DNA of 35,615 nt from a virus: the IMG/VR virus record IMGVR_UViG_3300017737_000031; one strand, written 5' to 3'. This document shows, one piece after another, positions 8,101 to 17,785 of the stretch. Both the position numbers and the translations under genes were made by a program. How positions within the stretch are numbered: position 1 is the stretch's first letter; every line of letters starts with the position of its first letter. The notes below the pieces were generated by a model that ran no database searches, was not told where the DNA came from, and saw only the letters and a program-made list of their open reading frames with translations.

Positions 8101-11100
8101 TACTGATTCTTTTAGACTTTCCGCAGTTGGTGTTAGTTCAGATAAGGAATTTTATTATAGAACTAAGCAGTATGAAGATATTAAATCTGTTGGTTTAGGA
8201 ACACATGTTTTTAACTATCCAGATATTACCGCAACTTTGATTGGAGAAGTTGGAATATCCTCTGTTGGAACAGAAACTTTTAAAGCAAGTGTTCAACCAA
8301 TAGTTAGAGGTCAAATTTCATCAGTTCATGTTGAAAATAATGGAGTTGGTTATGGATCTTCAGAAATATTAAATTACGACCGTCAACCAACCATTACGAT
8401 TAGTAGTGGAAAAAATGCTCAAGTAAAACCAGTTATCAGTAATGGAAGGATTATTCAAGTTATAGTTTTAAATTCTGGGACTGGATATAAATCAACACCA
8501 GATCTTAGAATTGCTGGTGTTGGTGTTGGTGCAGTCTTAATACCTATTATTGTAAATGAATCTCTTTCAGAAATTAGAGTTTTAGAACCTGGTGGTGGAT
8601 ATGATAAATCGGATACTACAATTACTGTTGAAACTAATTCTGAAACTGAAAATCAACCAGCGTTCTATTCTAATCTCAAAACTTGGAGAGTAAATATTTT
8701 TGAGAAAAATACACCATTCTTTACTAAAGATGATGGTATAGTATCACCTTCAAATTATGAACTTCAATATTTTCATCTTTATCCCCCCAGAGTTCTAAGA
8801 GAAAGTACATATTCTGTCAATTCAGAAGGAGATGTTTTATATGGAGAAAGCGATCTTCGTAAAGTAAGTAGTATAGAAGTTGACTCAGATCAACACTCTC
8901 CTATTTTAGGATTTGCTTATGATGGTAATCCAATTTATGGTCCATATGGATATACTACAAAAACTGGTGGTGCAGTAACTCAATTAAAATCTGGATATTC
9001 TCTTGATTTAAAATCAGGAAGACCACCACTTTCAATATATCCTGAAGGATTCTTTGTTGAAGATTATACTCACACTAAAACTACTGATGTTTCAACTCTT
9101 GACGAAAATAACGGAAGATTTGGAGTAACTCCAGATTATCCTAATGGAACTTACGCATATTATATGACGGTCAATGATTTACAGACCGAAGCATCTGGAG
9201 TATTTGAAAAATACAAAAAACCCGTTTTTCCATATATTATAGGAGAAAATTACTACTCTATTCCAGATGAATTTAATTTCAATCCTTCCTCAAATCAAGA
9301 TGAATTTGATTTTAAAACCAGCGATCTAAGAAGAAACACTAATCCACTGAATTTAATTGAAGAAACTCAGGAATATCCTTATCTGTTCATTCCAAATAAA
9401 TTTAATCAAACGGCAAAAATAAATGCTGCTTCTCCAGGAACTATTGATTCTATTGGAATTTTGACTGGTGGAAACAATTATAAAGTAAACGAAACTCTAG
9501 TATTTAATAATAGTAGGACTAGTGGAGACAGTGCTTACGCTAGAATTCAAAAAATAAAAGGTAAACCAGTTTCTAATATTAGTGTAGCAACTAGTTCTAT
9601 TGGTGGAGTAGAAATATATCCCAAATCTTCTGGAACGTATGAAGTTGTTTGCGATAATCCTCATGAGTTTCAAAACTTAGATGTAATAAGAATTACTGGA
9701 CTTTCAACAAATGCTAGTGGCATTGAGGGAACATACACAGTAGGAATCTCTTCTAATGTGCTTCGTCTTGCTGGAGTTGGAACAACCGCAGTTGCAATTG
9801 GAACTGAGGGGGTAACTGGATTAGTTACTTACTTTAGTGTAACTGGTGATATTCTCAATACTAAGGTGAATGATGTTTTGGGTATTGGAACAGAGAAAGT
9901 AAAGGTACTTAATGTAGACTTTGAAAACTCTAGATTGAGAGTTTTAAGATCGGTTAGTGGAACTGTTTCTGCCGGACACACTATCGGTAAGTTTCTTATT
10001 GAGGATTCTAGAAATCTTAATATTAATACGGGTATTACTTCAACATACAAATTTACAAGAAATGAAGAGGTTTACTTTGATCCATCTGAAACCGTTGGAT
10101 TAGGAACTACTGCTGGAATTGGTATTGGTTCTACACTTTCTTTTGCAAATCCAGGTGCAGGTATCACCCAAAAATTTATTCCAACCAAAACACTTTATTT
10201 CAAAAATCATAGTTTTAAAACAGGAGATCAATTAACTTACTCCACAGGAAATGGTGGGACAGGTCTTTATGTTCAAGATGAGACTAATGTTGGTGTAGGA
10301 ACAACTCTTGCTAGTGGAGACAAAGTATTTGTTGCTAAGGTAGATGATGACCTTATTGGAATTGCGACAATAAGGGTTGGTCTTGGGACCACGGGAACTT
10401 TTGTCGGTGTTGCTGCCTCTCATAGAGGGTCTTCAACGTTGTTCTTCAAAGGTGTTGGTGTTGGCAATTCTCATAGTTTTACCACTAATCATACGGTAAT
10501 AACTGGAGAGATAAAGAAAAACACTGTCACTGTAAATACAACAGAAGCGCATGGAATCAGTCCAAAACATAGAGTAGATGTATTTGTCAATCCCAGAACA
10601 AACAATAATATAACTGTAAAATATAATGATCACAATAGAAATGTTGTTTTCAATCCCCTTGGATTTTCTTCTACTGGGATTAACACGTCAACTGGAGCAA
10701 TTAATATTCCCGATCATAAGTTTAATGGTGGAGAAAAAGTAATTTACAATGTTGGAATTGGTAGTGATGTTTCTGAAGGATTAATCAATGAAAACATTTA
10801 TTACATTTCTAGAGTAGATGATAATAACTTTAAGTTATCCAATAATTATTATGATGCTACTAAAGACATTCCAGTCACAGTTGGAGTTGCTAGTACTGGA
10901 TTAACTGGTGGCAATATTAATCCAATTAATCCACCATTATCATTATACAAAGATTCCACAGTCACTTTTGATCTTTCGGATTCTTCTCTTGGATATTCAG
11001 TATTGGGATCCAACTATCCTGCATTTGAGTTAAACCTTTACAGAGATAAAGACTGTAAAATTAGTTGGGATAAATCCGATGATAGTAAAATATTTGAATA

Positions 11101-14100
11101 TTCATCCTTAGGTCAAGTTGGTTCTGCCGGTGCAGAATCTATTTTAAGAGTAAGTTCTAATTTACCAGAGAGTCTTTTCTACAAACTTGATTTAGTCTAT
11201 AATGCAAGTCTACCATCTATTAAATCTGAAATAACGACTGATGATGATGTTATTTCTGGAAGTGAATTAAAAATTGTAAGTAGTGGATATAATGGAAATC
11301 ATAGACTTATTGTGGGGTCTACGACTTCTTTCTTATATGATTTAAGTGAATTTCCAGAAAGTGTATCTTATGCGTCAACTATCTCTGAAATATTTTATGA
11401 AACAGATTGTACTCATACCGAAGGTCCAATCGCCAAAATTGATATCATAAACCCAGGTAGAAATTATTATGCTTTACCAGGAATCTCTACACTTAATAGT
11501 GTTTCTGGTGATGGAGCAATTTTAGAAGCACAAAGTTCTACTATTGGCAGTTTGAAATCTGTTTCTATTGAAGATATTGGATTCAATCTTCCTTCCGACA
11601 ATACTTTAAAACCCAGATTACTTTTTCCACAATCGATTCGTATTGAACCATTAGCAACATTACAATCTGTTGGTATAACTTCTTTTGGGAGAGGATTTTC
11701 CATAACACCAAAACTAGTTGTAATCGATGGGAAGACTAAGTTACCTGTAACTGATGTAGATCTTAAGATGACTCTTGGAAGTTCTGAGGTCAAAATCTTA
11801 AAGAATACGAATGGGTTATCTAATTTAAGTCCTACAATTATTCCAACACTTACTGATTCTGGAGTAGGAATTAGTACAATTGAATATTTCCCTACAACTA
11901 AGGATGCACTGGTAACTTTATCTGTAGGATTTAGCACGGTAAATAGTTTCCCATTTGCAGTTGGCGATAAAGTTCTAGTTGAAAATGTAAGTGTTGGAGT
12001 TGGATCGACAGGACAAAACTACAATTCCTCTGGATATGATTATAAGTTATTTGAACTAACTGAGGTCAGTTCTAATCTTGGCGGAATTGGGTCGGTTAGA
12101 TTCAATATGTCCAATCTTTTTGAAGAAGATGAATTTCCAGGTCAGTTTGATGCTGTAAATTCCACTGCAAGAATAACGGCACAAAAACATTTCCCCCTCT
12201 TCCAAAGTAGTTTAGTTCTTAATAATTACATTATAGGAGAAACTGTTGATTCAGAATCTGCAACTGGAGTAGTTGAAGATTGGAACCCTATTACATCTAT
12301 TGTTAGAGTATCTTCTAACGACAACTTTATAGTTGGAGAAAAAATAACTGGCAAATCATCTAAAGTTGTTAGTATTGCTTCTTCTATAACTTCATTTGAA
12401 ACTTATCTTGAATATGATGCATCATCAAAAGTTGTTAGAGGATGGCAAAGTGATTCTGGAGAACTTAACTATAACCTTCAAAGACTTCAAGACAATTTTT
12501 ATTATCAAAAATTCTCATATTCTCTGAAGTCTGAAGTACCATATGATACTTGGAATGACGTTGTATCATCAACCAACCACACTTTAGGATACAAAAAATT
12601 CGCAGATTATCAGTTAGAGTCTACAAATTCTAATCAAATGTCAGTTGGACTATCCACTGAACTTGGATCTGTAGATACAGTAAATGATTTGAGTGGATTT
12701 GGTAACTTAAATTGCGTTTCTGACTTTGATTTGGTGACAGAAAATAATATTAACTCGGGAACAATATCCGATGAAATGATATTTACCAATAGAATCTTAA
12801 CGGACTATTTTGAATCTGTCGGAAACAGGGTTCTTTCTATTGATGATATTAGTGGAGAATTTAATAGTGAGCCAAGATTAACTCCATTTAGTGTTGTTAA
12901 TACATTTAATCTCTCTGATGCAAGAGCATTAAAATATGTTACTTATGTTAGAGATAAGAGATATACTCAGGAAAGACAACTTCTTATTGTGGATTTGGTT
13001 CATGATGGCGTAAAAGCATATATGAATCAATATGGAAGAATTGAAACTCAATATGATCAAGGTTCTTTTGACTTCTCTGTTACTGGAACAGATGGTCAAC
13101 TACTATTCTATCCAACTAAGTCTACTATTAATGATTTTAATGTAACTACATTATCTTATAATATTAGTGGTATTGCAACTGTAGGAACTGGAGTTAGTTA
13201 TTTTGGCAGCGGTGTTTTAGTAGACACTTCTAATACAGAAGTTACTTCCGGTTCTAGTTCTACGATTGTATCAATAGCAAGCACATATAACTCTGCTAAA
13301 GTTTTGGTATCTATTAATCCAGACTCTACGCAGAATGATAAATTTGAGATGGTTGAACTTAATGTTACACATGATGGAACTACAGTAGAGTTGCTTGAAT
13401 TTGGTCAATTAACTACCGGAGGATTTGACTCTTTCTCTGGTGGTGCAGGACTTGGAACTTACTCTGCGGCAATATCAGGAAGCAATTTGGAAATTGATTT
13501 CCATCCTGGAGTGGGTATTGCTACTACATGTTTAGTAAATACCGTTCAAGTTGCATTATCTGAAAATACTTCTGGAATTGGAACAACTAAATTACAATTT
13601 GCTGAAATTGATGGAAGGACAACTAGTATTTCTGCATCTGGAACTCCTGGAGTTACAACTGTCTCTCAATATGGTAATGACTACGACTCTGCATACTTTA
13701 TAGCGCAAGTTGCTGATACCACTAATGGCAGATATCAGATTTCTGAACTAGTTGTTGTTGATGATTATCTTGACGCGACTAATTCATATGATACTTATTT
13801 TACTGAGTATGGTAATATTGAAACTAGTATTGGATTAGGAACGTTTGGAACTAGTATTGATAGTACTGGTACGGTCTCTCTTTTGTTCACTCCAAATGCA
13901 AGTATTGCTACAAAAGTAACCGTATTTAAAAATGCAGTTACTCTTGATCAAGACACTACTCTGGGAGTTGCGATTACTTTCAGCAACGCTTCTATTGGTG
14001 GAGAATTTGGAACTTATGAAGGAACCGAATCCGATATTAAGAGATCATTTGGATTAACACATGAAACGAATGAGATATTTGAAAGATACTTCACGGGTAA

Positions 14101-17100
14101 TGATAGTTCTGTTGTTAATGTAACCAATAATACTATTACTATTCCAAATCATTTCTTTGTAAGTGGTGAGAAAATTGAATACGTTCACGTTGGAACTGCT
14201 TCCTCTGCTGTTGGAATCGCTACAACATCCTTCGTTGGTGCTTCAAATACAACATTCTTACCTGGAGAAAATATCTTTGCAGTTAAGGTTGATGACAACA
14301 ATATTAAAATTGCTGCTAGTGCTGAAAATGCACTTAAAGAGGTCCCTGAAATAGTAGAACTTGAAAGTGTTGGTATTGGAACTTCTCATAGATTCGTAGC
14401 AACTAACCAGAATGCTAAGATTATGGTTGCTATTGATAACCTTATACAATCTCCTATTGTTGCTACTTCAGTAACTACAGGATTGTCCACTAATACAACA
14501 ATCTTTGAAAACATAGTTAAATTTAGTGGAATAACATCATTCTTTGGATCTGATCTAATCAGGGTTGGTAGTGAGATTATGAAGATTGAAGGTGTTGGTA
14601 TTGGCAGCACTAATTTCATAAAAGTCCGCAGAGGATGGTTGGGGACTAAAGTTGCTGCTGCTGGAACTCATGATTTAGTTACTAAAATTACAGGAAACTA
14701 TAATGTTGTAGATAATGTCCTTAATTTTGTAGAAGCACCTTTCGGAAATACTCCCATTGGTTCCACAACTAATCCACCAGATGAAAGAGACTATGTTGGA
14801 ATTACAACAAGTTCTACTTTCCAAGGAAGAAGTTTTATTAGGTCTGGAATAACTGGCGGGTCCAATGACTCTTATAATAAAAACTATATTTTCGATAATA
14901 TTAACGACAGTTTTAATGGAGTTACTAATCAGTTTGCTTTACAACAATCTAGTAGCAACATAACGGGAATTACTGACGAAAATGCAATCGTTCTAATTAA
15001 TGATATTTTCCAAGTTCCTTCTTCGGATAAAGATTATACTTTGTCTGAGAGTTCTGGAATTACTTCTGTAACCTTTAATGGCGCTTCTCCACAAACTCCT
15101 CTTGGACCTGATGTAGGTATTTCTAGTTTCCCTAAAGGTGGAGTAATTGTATCTGTCGGTTCAACTGAAGGTTTTGGTTATCAACCTCTGGTTGCTGCGG
15201 GTGGCACGGCAATTGTATCTTCTGCTGGTACGATTACTTCAGTATCAATTGGTAATAGTGGTTCTGGATATAGATCTGGAATACAGACAAATGTTTCTGT
15301 AGGAGTAAAACTACCAGATGTCACGGGATCTACTATTATCCCAGTGGGAATCGCTTCTATTTCTGCAGGTAATATAACTTCAGTAGCTATCACAACTGAT
15401 AGAGTTTTCTATGCACCTCGTTCCATATCAAACGTTGGATATAATTCCATAACTGGATTGACAACTGTTACAACTTCTACTGCACATGGTTTATCTTTTG
15501 GTGAAGAGATTATTGTTTCGGGAATTGCATTTACATGCGATTATAGTGGTTCTGGTCCTGTCAATGTAAGTAATGCCATTTATGATAATATAAGTGGTAT
15601 CATGACTGTGACCACATCATCTGCTCACAATCTTTCCACTACAGGACAAAAGAGTGACGTTATTCTTACTGGATTAGCATTTACTTGTGGTTTAGACGGC
15701 GGATCTTCTACTCACGTTTATCCAAGAACAACTGATCCTGCATATTGTGGTTCTAAAGTAACTTCTGTTCCCAGCACCACAGTATTTGTTATAAACGTTG
15801 GAGTTTCTACTGTCCCAACATTCTATCAAAGTGGTGGAGTGGCACAACCTGCTCTTATTGCACCAAGATCTAGTAACAACTCCGCTAGTGGATTTGATCC
15901 CGCATCACAGGGATCAACTGTTCTCAAAATTATTGATAGTACTAATTTTGAAATAAACACGGGTATTTCCACTCGCACACATTTCTATGCAAGATGTGGA
16001 ACGGTTAAAAAACCAATTGATATTGTTATTGATGATCCTGTATCGTATTCCAATATGCGTTTATTCTACAGTTCTTCTTCTGCTGCTGGAGTTGGAACTG
16101 AAGCAACTATCGATGTTGTAGTTGGTAATGGTTCTAGCGTTATTGATTTTGAAATTGATAATACTGGATATGGTTATAGAGATGGTGCTATATTAACAGT
16201 TGCAATCGGAGGAACAACAGGAATACCAACCACATCATCTTATTCTGGAAACGAGTTCCAAGTTACTGTCGATGAAATTGCAGACGATAAGTTTGCAGGT
16301 TGGTCTGTAGGAACTTTACAAGTTCTTGATAATATTGAAGATCTCATTGATGGAGCAAGAAAAGATTTCCCATTGAAATTAAACGGAGCAATTACTTCAA
16401 TTGTTTCTTCTCCAGGTTCAAAAATCGATGTTCAAGATGTATTAATTATTTTTGTAAATGATATTTTACAAGAACCAGGTGCAGGATATGTATTTACAGG
16501 GGGAAGCACACTCACCTTTACTGAAGCATTAAAGATTGGTGATATTGTTACCATTATTTTCTATAAAGGAAATGGTGATAGTGATGTTATTTTTAGAGAT
16601 GTGATCGAAACGATTAAAAAAGGTGATACGTTACAACTAAAACATATGGCAGGTTCTCAGGCACAAAGTCTTGATGAAGATGAAAGAAGTGTTCTTAATA
16701 TTCTTTCAACTGGTAATGTTGCAACAAATCCTTACTTTGGACCAGGAAATACTAATGATGTAACTTTAGTAAGACCAGTTACCTGGTGCAGACAAACTGA
16801 AGATAAGATTATTGATGGTATTCCAACAGGAAAAGATAGGGAACTTTATGAACCCGTCATTAATCCAACAGCATATATTATTAAAAATGTTGGCGTAGGT
16901 TCAACTGCAATATATGTTGATAGTCTGAGACCACTATTTAATCCCCAAAACGAGGCAGCAAACTTACAGTTCCAAGATAAAATTAAATTTGTTGCTCAAG
17001 AACCAAAAGTTGGTGCATCTGCAACAGCAGTTATTTCTGGATTCGGGACTATTTCCTCTGTTGTAATATCTGACGGTGGTGTTGGGTATAGCACTGCAAC

Positions 17101-17761
17101 AGTAAGTTTTGGTTACACCTCTGCGTCTAGAGCATTTGGCACAGTAACCATAAGTGCTGGCGGAACTGTCACTGGTGTTGCAATCACCTCTCCTGGAGTT
17201 GGTTATACATATACAAGCGTACCTACTGTTCTTATATCTCCTCCAGGACATACCGAAGAAGCATGTAGTGTAAATACTTATTCGGGTGATAATGGTATTA
17301 TTGTTGGATTTGGAACCACTGCTGGTCCTAAATTTATCTTTGATATTCATATTCCATATGATTCTTTCCTCAGAAACACTGTTGTTGCTGGAACTGCAGT
17401 AACAATTACTTCGATTCAGTCAAATGATTACTTCATGATTAAGAAGTCTAACGTTGGTATGGGGAATACATTTGATGGAATATACGAGGTCTCTAGTGTA
17501 GAGACATTAGAAAGAGATGTTGTTGGAATATCAACGACAGTCAAGCGATTGTTTGTTGATGCTACCGTTGTTCCTTCGGGATACAGTACTGGAATCACAA
17601 CTTCTGATACTGGTTTCGGTGACTTTAGTTGGGGAAGAATTGATGTTTCCTCAAGAGATCTCACAAGTTCTTACACTGCATACACTTCTGGTATAACTAC
17701 TTCAACTAGAGTCATTAGAACAAACTTCTTGAAGTCTAAAAATTATACCGCAAACTCCTAA
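5141..17761 (+). CDS. gp7: giant baseplate wedge protein, gp7-like, 4206 aa
   Basis: Lies between gp6 and gp8. N-terminal QLPQYVQEDYP..FLKQYY and FYLSKGTDQSYKILFKALY, plus late NHTLGYKKF-type motif; many beta-rich repeat modules. Confidence 0.75.
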   Translation: MSKNRVQLNSVVSSQLPQYVQEDYPLVSSFLKQYYLGQEYQSGPVDLIQNIDEYIKLDETTNVVESVILQGDLSFYDKTIKVDPSESPTGTIGFPDSYGLLKIDNEIITYTGKTDYSFTGCRRGFVGITSYKSNTNNNELIFEESEYDDHTAGSTIENLSILFLKQFLLKTKNQLLPGLENRTLTEDLNQNIFIKQSKDFYLSKGTDQSYKILFKALYNKDVSVIRPSEFLVTPSNARYEIVNQLVVEPISGDPENLDTATFYQDAYKFDKDINRAYAPITSVEKIEVGYGQTFYKLNYDGGYNRDIGVDGVEYGQFQVEPSTKVIGAVSSGATIFDVDSTVGFGTTGELYVTYNDTTTGVVSYTSKSLTQFFGVTNLSGIIDDATIVGINTFSYGRSKLNQDEIIKVRVSSVYNSVKLPKNTNSFVKGTTANVTTYGISENNFKTDKWEYNVSPHYGVDKVELVDKSDFTYAITLKSKHYLKIGNSIFVVLKDKTKVSSTIISIDNEKSCKIRGQGSLENSQVSSIQRKIQKGSSNTFPNITSFSTGVDNLYKNDDGEYIVASPSIPSYNSQPIEVTPRKVTFSGTFIGTELEITPGIEHGFYTGDAVYYAASTSDEKYVDSSGTVRTRQKRNTGLFNDGLYFISRVDGFTLKFAKSRDDINNGNFIDVESSTTVSDSIIQPYTSFEKTLKPQKLLRKIIDPKSQGVKSKTLPGTTGILINGVEVLNYKSEDVVRYGAIESIDILSPSNNIDVINPPNLIISDTVGAGATGHIAVSGSLREIRVLDGGFDYLSTPTLKIDGGNGAGAFGTVNMKMIDNSPEFFADEASAKVSLTNNTIGFATYHKFRNTEQVIYKTFDEECVVGLDTSALYFISVSDNVSVKLHPTQADALSGINTVNLTGFGIGKHALQSVNKKSIVSSVNIVNGGSDYETKKRTAHVTGINTSSNVITIKNHGYQNGEKIKYTVVGSVAEGLTNNTEYYVTSRDTDSFRLSAVGVSSDKEFYYRTKQYEDIKSVGLGTHVFNYPDITATLIGEVGISSVGTETFKASVQPIVRGQISSVHVENNGVGYGSSEILNYDRQPTITISSGKNAQVKPVISNGRIIQVIVLNSGTGYKSTPDLRIAGVGVGAVLIPIIVNESLSEIRVLEPGGGYDKSDTTITVETNSETENQPAFYSNLKTWRVNIFEKNTPFFTKDDGIVSPSNYELQYFHLYPPRVLRESTYSVNSEGDVLYGESDLRKVSSIEVDSDQHSPILGFAYDGNPIYGPYGYTTKTGGAVTQLKSGYSLDLKSGRPPLSIYPEGFFVEDYTHTKTTDVSTLDENNGRFGVTPDYPNGTYAYYMTVNDLQTEASGVFEKYKKPVFPYIIGENYYSIPDEFNFNPSSNQDEFDFKTSDLRRNTNPLNLIEETQEYPYLFIPNKFNQTAKINAASPGTIDSIGILTGGNNYKVNETLVFNNSRTSGDSAYARIQKIKGKPVSNISVATSSIGGVEIYPKSSGTYEVVCDNPHEFQNLDVIRITGLSTNASGIEGTYTVGISSNVLRLAGVGTTAVAIGTEGVTGLVTYFSVTGDILNTKVNDVLGIGTEKVKVLNVDFENSRLRVLRSVSGTVSAGHTIGKFLIEDSRNLNINTGITSTYKFTRNEEVYFDPSETVGLGTTAGIGIGSTLSFANPGAGITQKFIPTKTLYFKNHSFKTGDQLTYSTGNGGTGLYVQDETNVGVGTTLASGDKVFVAKVDDDLIGIATIRVGLGTTGTFVGVAASHRGSSTLFFKGVGVGNSHSFTTNHTVITGEIKKNTVTVNTTEAHGISPKHRVDVFVNPRTNNNITVKYNDHNRNVVFNPLGFSSTGINTSTGAINIPDHKFNGGEKVIYNVGIGSDVSEGLINENIYYISRVDDNNFKLSNNYYDATKDIPVTVGVASTGLTGGNINPINPPLSLYKDSTVTFDLSDSSLGYSVLGSNYPAFELNLYRDKDCKISWDKSDDSKIFEYSSLGQVGSAGAESILRVSSNLPESLFYKLDLVYNASLPSIKSEITTDDDVISGSELKIVSSGYNGNHRLIVGSTTSFLYDLSEFPESVSYASTISEIFYETDCTHTEGPIAKIDIINPGRNYYALPGISTLNSVSGDGAILEAQSSTIGSLKSVSIEDIGFNLPSDNTLKPRLLFPQSIRIEPLATLQSVGITSFGRGFSITPKLVVIDGKTKLPVTDVDLKMTLGSSEVKILKNTNGLSNLSPTIIPTLTDSGVGISTIEYFPTTKDALVTLSVGFSTVNSFPFAVGDKVLVENVSVGVGSTGQNYNSSGYDYKLFELTEVSSNLGGIGSVRFNMSNLFEEDEFPGQFDAVNSTARITAQKHFPLFQSSLVLNNYIIGETVDSESATGVVEDWNPITSIVRVSSNDNFIVGEKITGKSSKVVSIASSITSFETYLEYDASSKVVRGWQSDSGELNYNLQRLQDNFYYQKFSYSLKSEVPYDTWNDVVSSTNHTLGYKKFADYQLESTNSNQMSVGLSTELGSVDTVNDLSGFGNLNCVSDFDLVTENNINSGTISDEMIFTNRILTDYFESVGNRVLSIDDISGEFNSEPRLTPFSVVNTFNLSDARALKYVTYVRDKRYTQERQLLIVDLVHDGVKAYMNQYGRIETQYDQGSFDFSVTGTDGQLLFYPTKSTINDFNVTTLSYNISGIATVGTGVSYFGSGVLVDTSNTEVTSGSSSTIVSIASTYNSAKVLVSINPDSTQNDKFEMVELNVTHDGTTVELLEFGQLTTGGFDSFSGGAGLGTYSAAISGSNLEIDFHPGVGIATTCLVNTVQVALSENTSGIGTTKLQFAEIDGRTTSISASGTPGVTTVSQYGNDYDSAYFIAQVADTTNGRYQISELVVVDDYLDATNSYDTYFTEYGNIETSIGLGTFGTSIDSTGTVSLLFTPNASIATKVTVFKNAVTLDQDTTLGVAITFSNASIGGEFGTYEGTESDIKRSFGLTHETNEIFERYFTGNDSSVVNVTNNTITIPNHFFVSGEKIEYVHVGTASSAVGIATTSFVGASNTTFLPGENIFAVKVDDNNIKIAASAENALKEVPEIVELESVGIGTSHRFVATNQNAKIMVAIDNLIQSPIVATSVTTGLSTNTTIFENIVKFSGITSFFGSDLIRVGSEIMKIEGVGIGSTNFIKVRRGWLGTKVAAAGTHDLVTKITGNYNVVDNVLNFVEAPFGNTPIGSTTNPPDERDYVGITTSSTFQGRSFIRSGITGGSNDSYNKNYIFDNINDSFNGVTNQFALQQSSSNITGITDENAIVLINDIFQVPSSDKDYTLSESSGITSVTFNGASPQTPLGPDVGISSFPKGGVIVSVGSTEGFGYQPLVAAGGTAIVSSAGTITSVSIGNSGSGYRSGIQTNVSVGVKLPDVTGSTIIPVGIASISAGNITSVAITTDRVFYAPRSISNVGYNSITGLTTVTTSTAHGLSFGEEIIVSGIAFTCDYSGSGPVNVSNAIYDNISGIMTVTTSSAHNLSTTGQKSDVILTGLAFTCGLDGGSSTHVYPRTTDPAYCGSKVTSVPSTTVFVINVGVSTVPTFYQSGGVAQPALIAPRSSNNSASGFDPASQGSTVLKIIDSTNFEINTGISTRTHFYARCGTVKKPIDIVIDDPVSYSNMRLFYSSSSAAGVGTEATIDVVVGNGSSVIDFEIDNTGYGYRDGAILTVAIGGTTGIPTTSSYSGNEFQVTVDEIADDKFAGWSVGTLQVLDNIEDLIDGARKDFPLKLNGAITSIVSSPGSKIDVQDVLIIFVNDILQEPGAGYVFTGGSTLTFTEALKIGDIVTIIFYKGNGDSDVIFRDVIETIKKGDTLQLKHMAGSQAQSLDEDERSVLNILSTGNVATNPYFGPGNTNDVTLVRPVTWCRQTEDKIIDGIPTGKDRELYEPVINPTAYIIKNVGVGSTAIYVDSLRPLFNPQNEAANLQFQDKIKFVAQEPKVGASATAVISGFGTISSVVISDGGVGYSTATVSFGYTSASRAFGTVTISAGGTVTGVAITSPGVGYTYTSVPTVLISPPGHTEEACSVNTYSGDNGIIVGFGTTAGPKFIFDIHIPYDSFLRNTVVAGTAVTITSIQSNDYFMIKKSNVGMGNTFDGIYEVSSVETLERDVVGISTTVKRLFVDATVVPSGYSTGITTSDTGFGDFSWGRIDVSSRDLTSSYTAYTSGITTSTRVIRTNFLKSKNYTANS

Positions 17762-17767
17762 TAAATA
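17760..17767 (+). promoter_or_regulatory. late promoter motif AATAAATA
   Basis: Overlaps the stop TAA 17759-17761; 18 nt upstream of gp8. Confidence 0.7.
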
Positions 17768-17785
17768 AAGAAAAACCTGCGTCAA

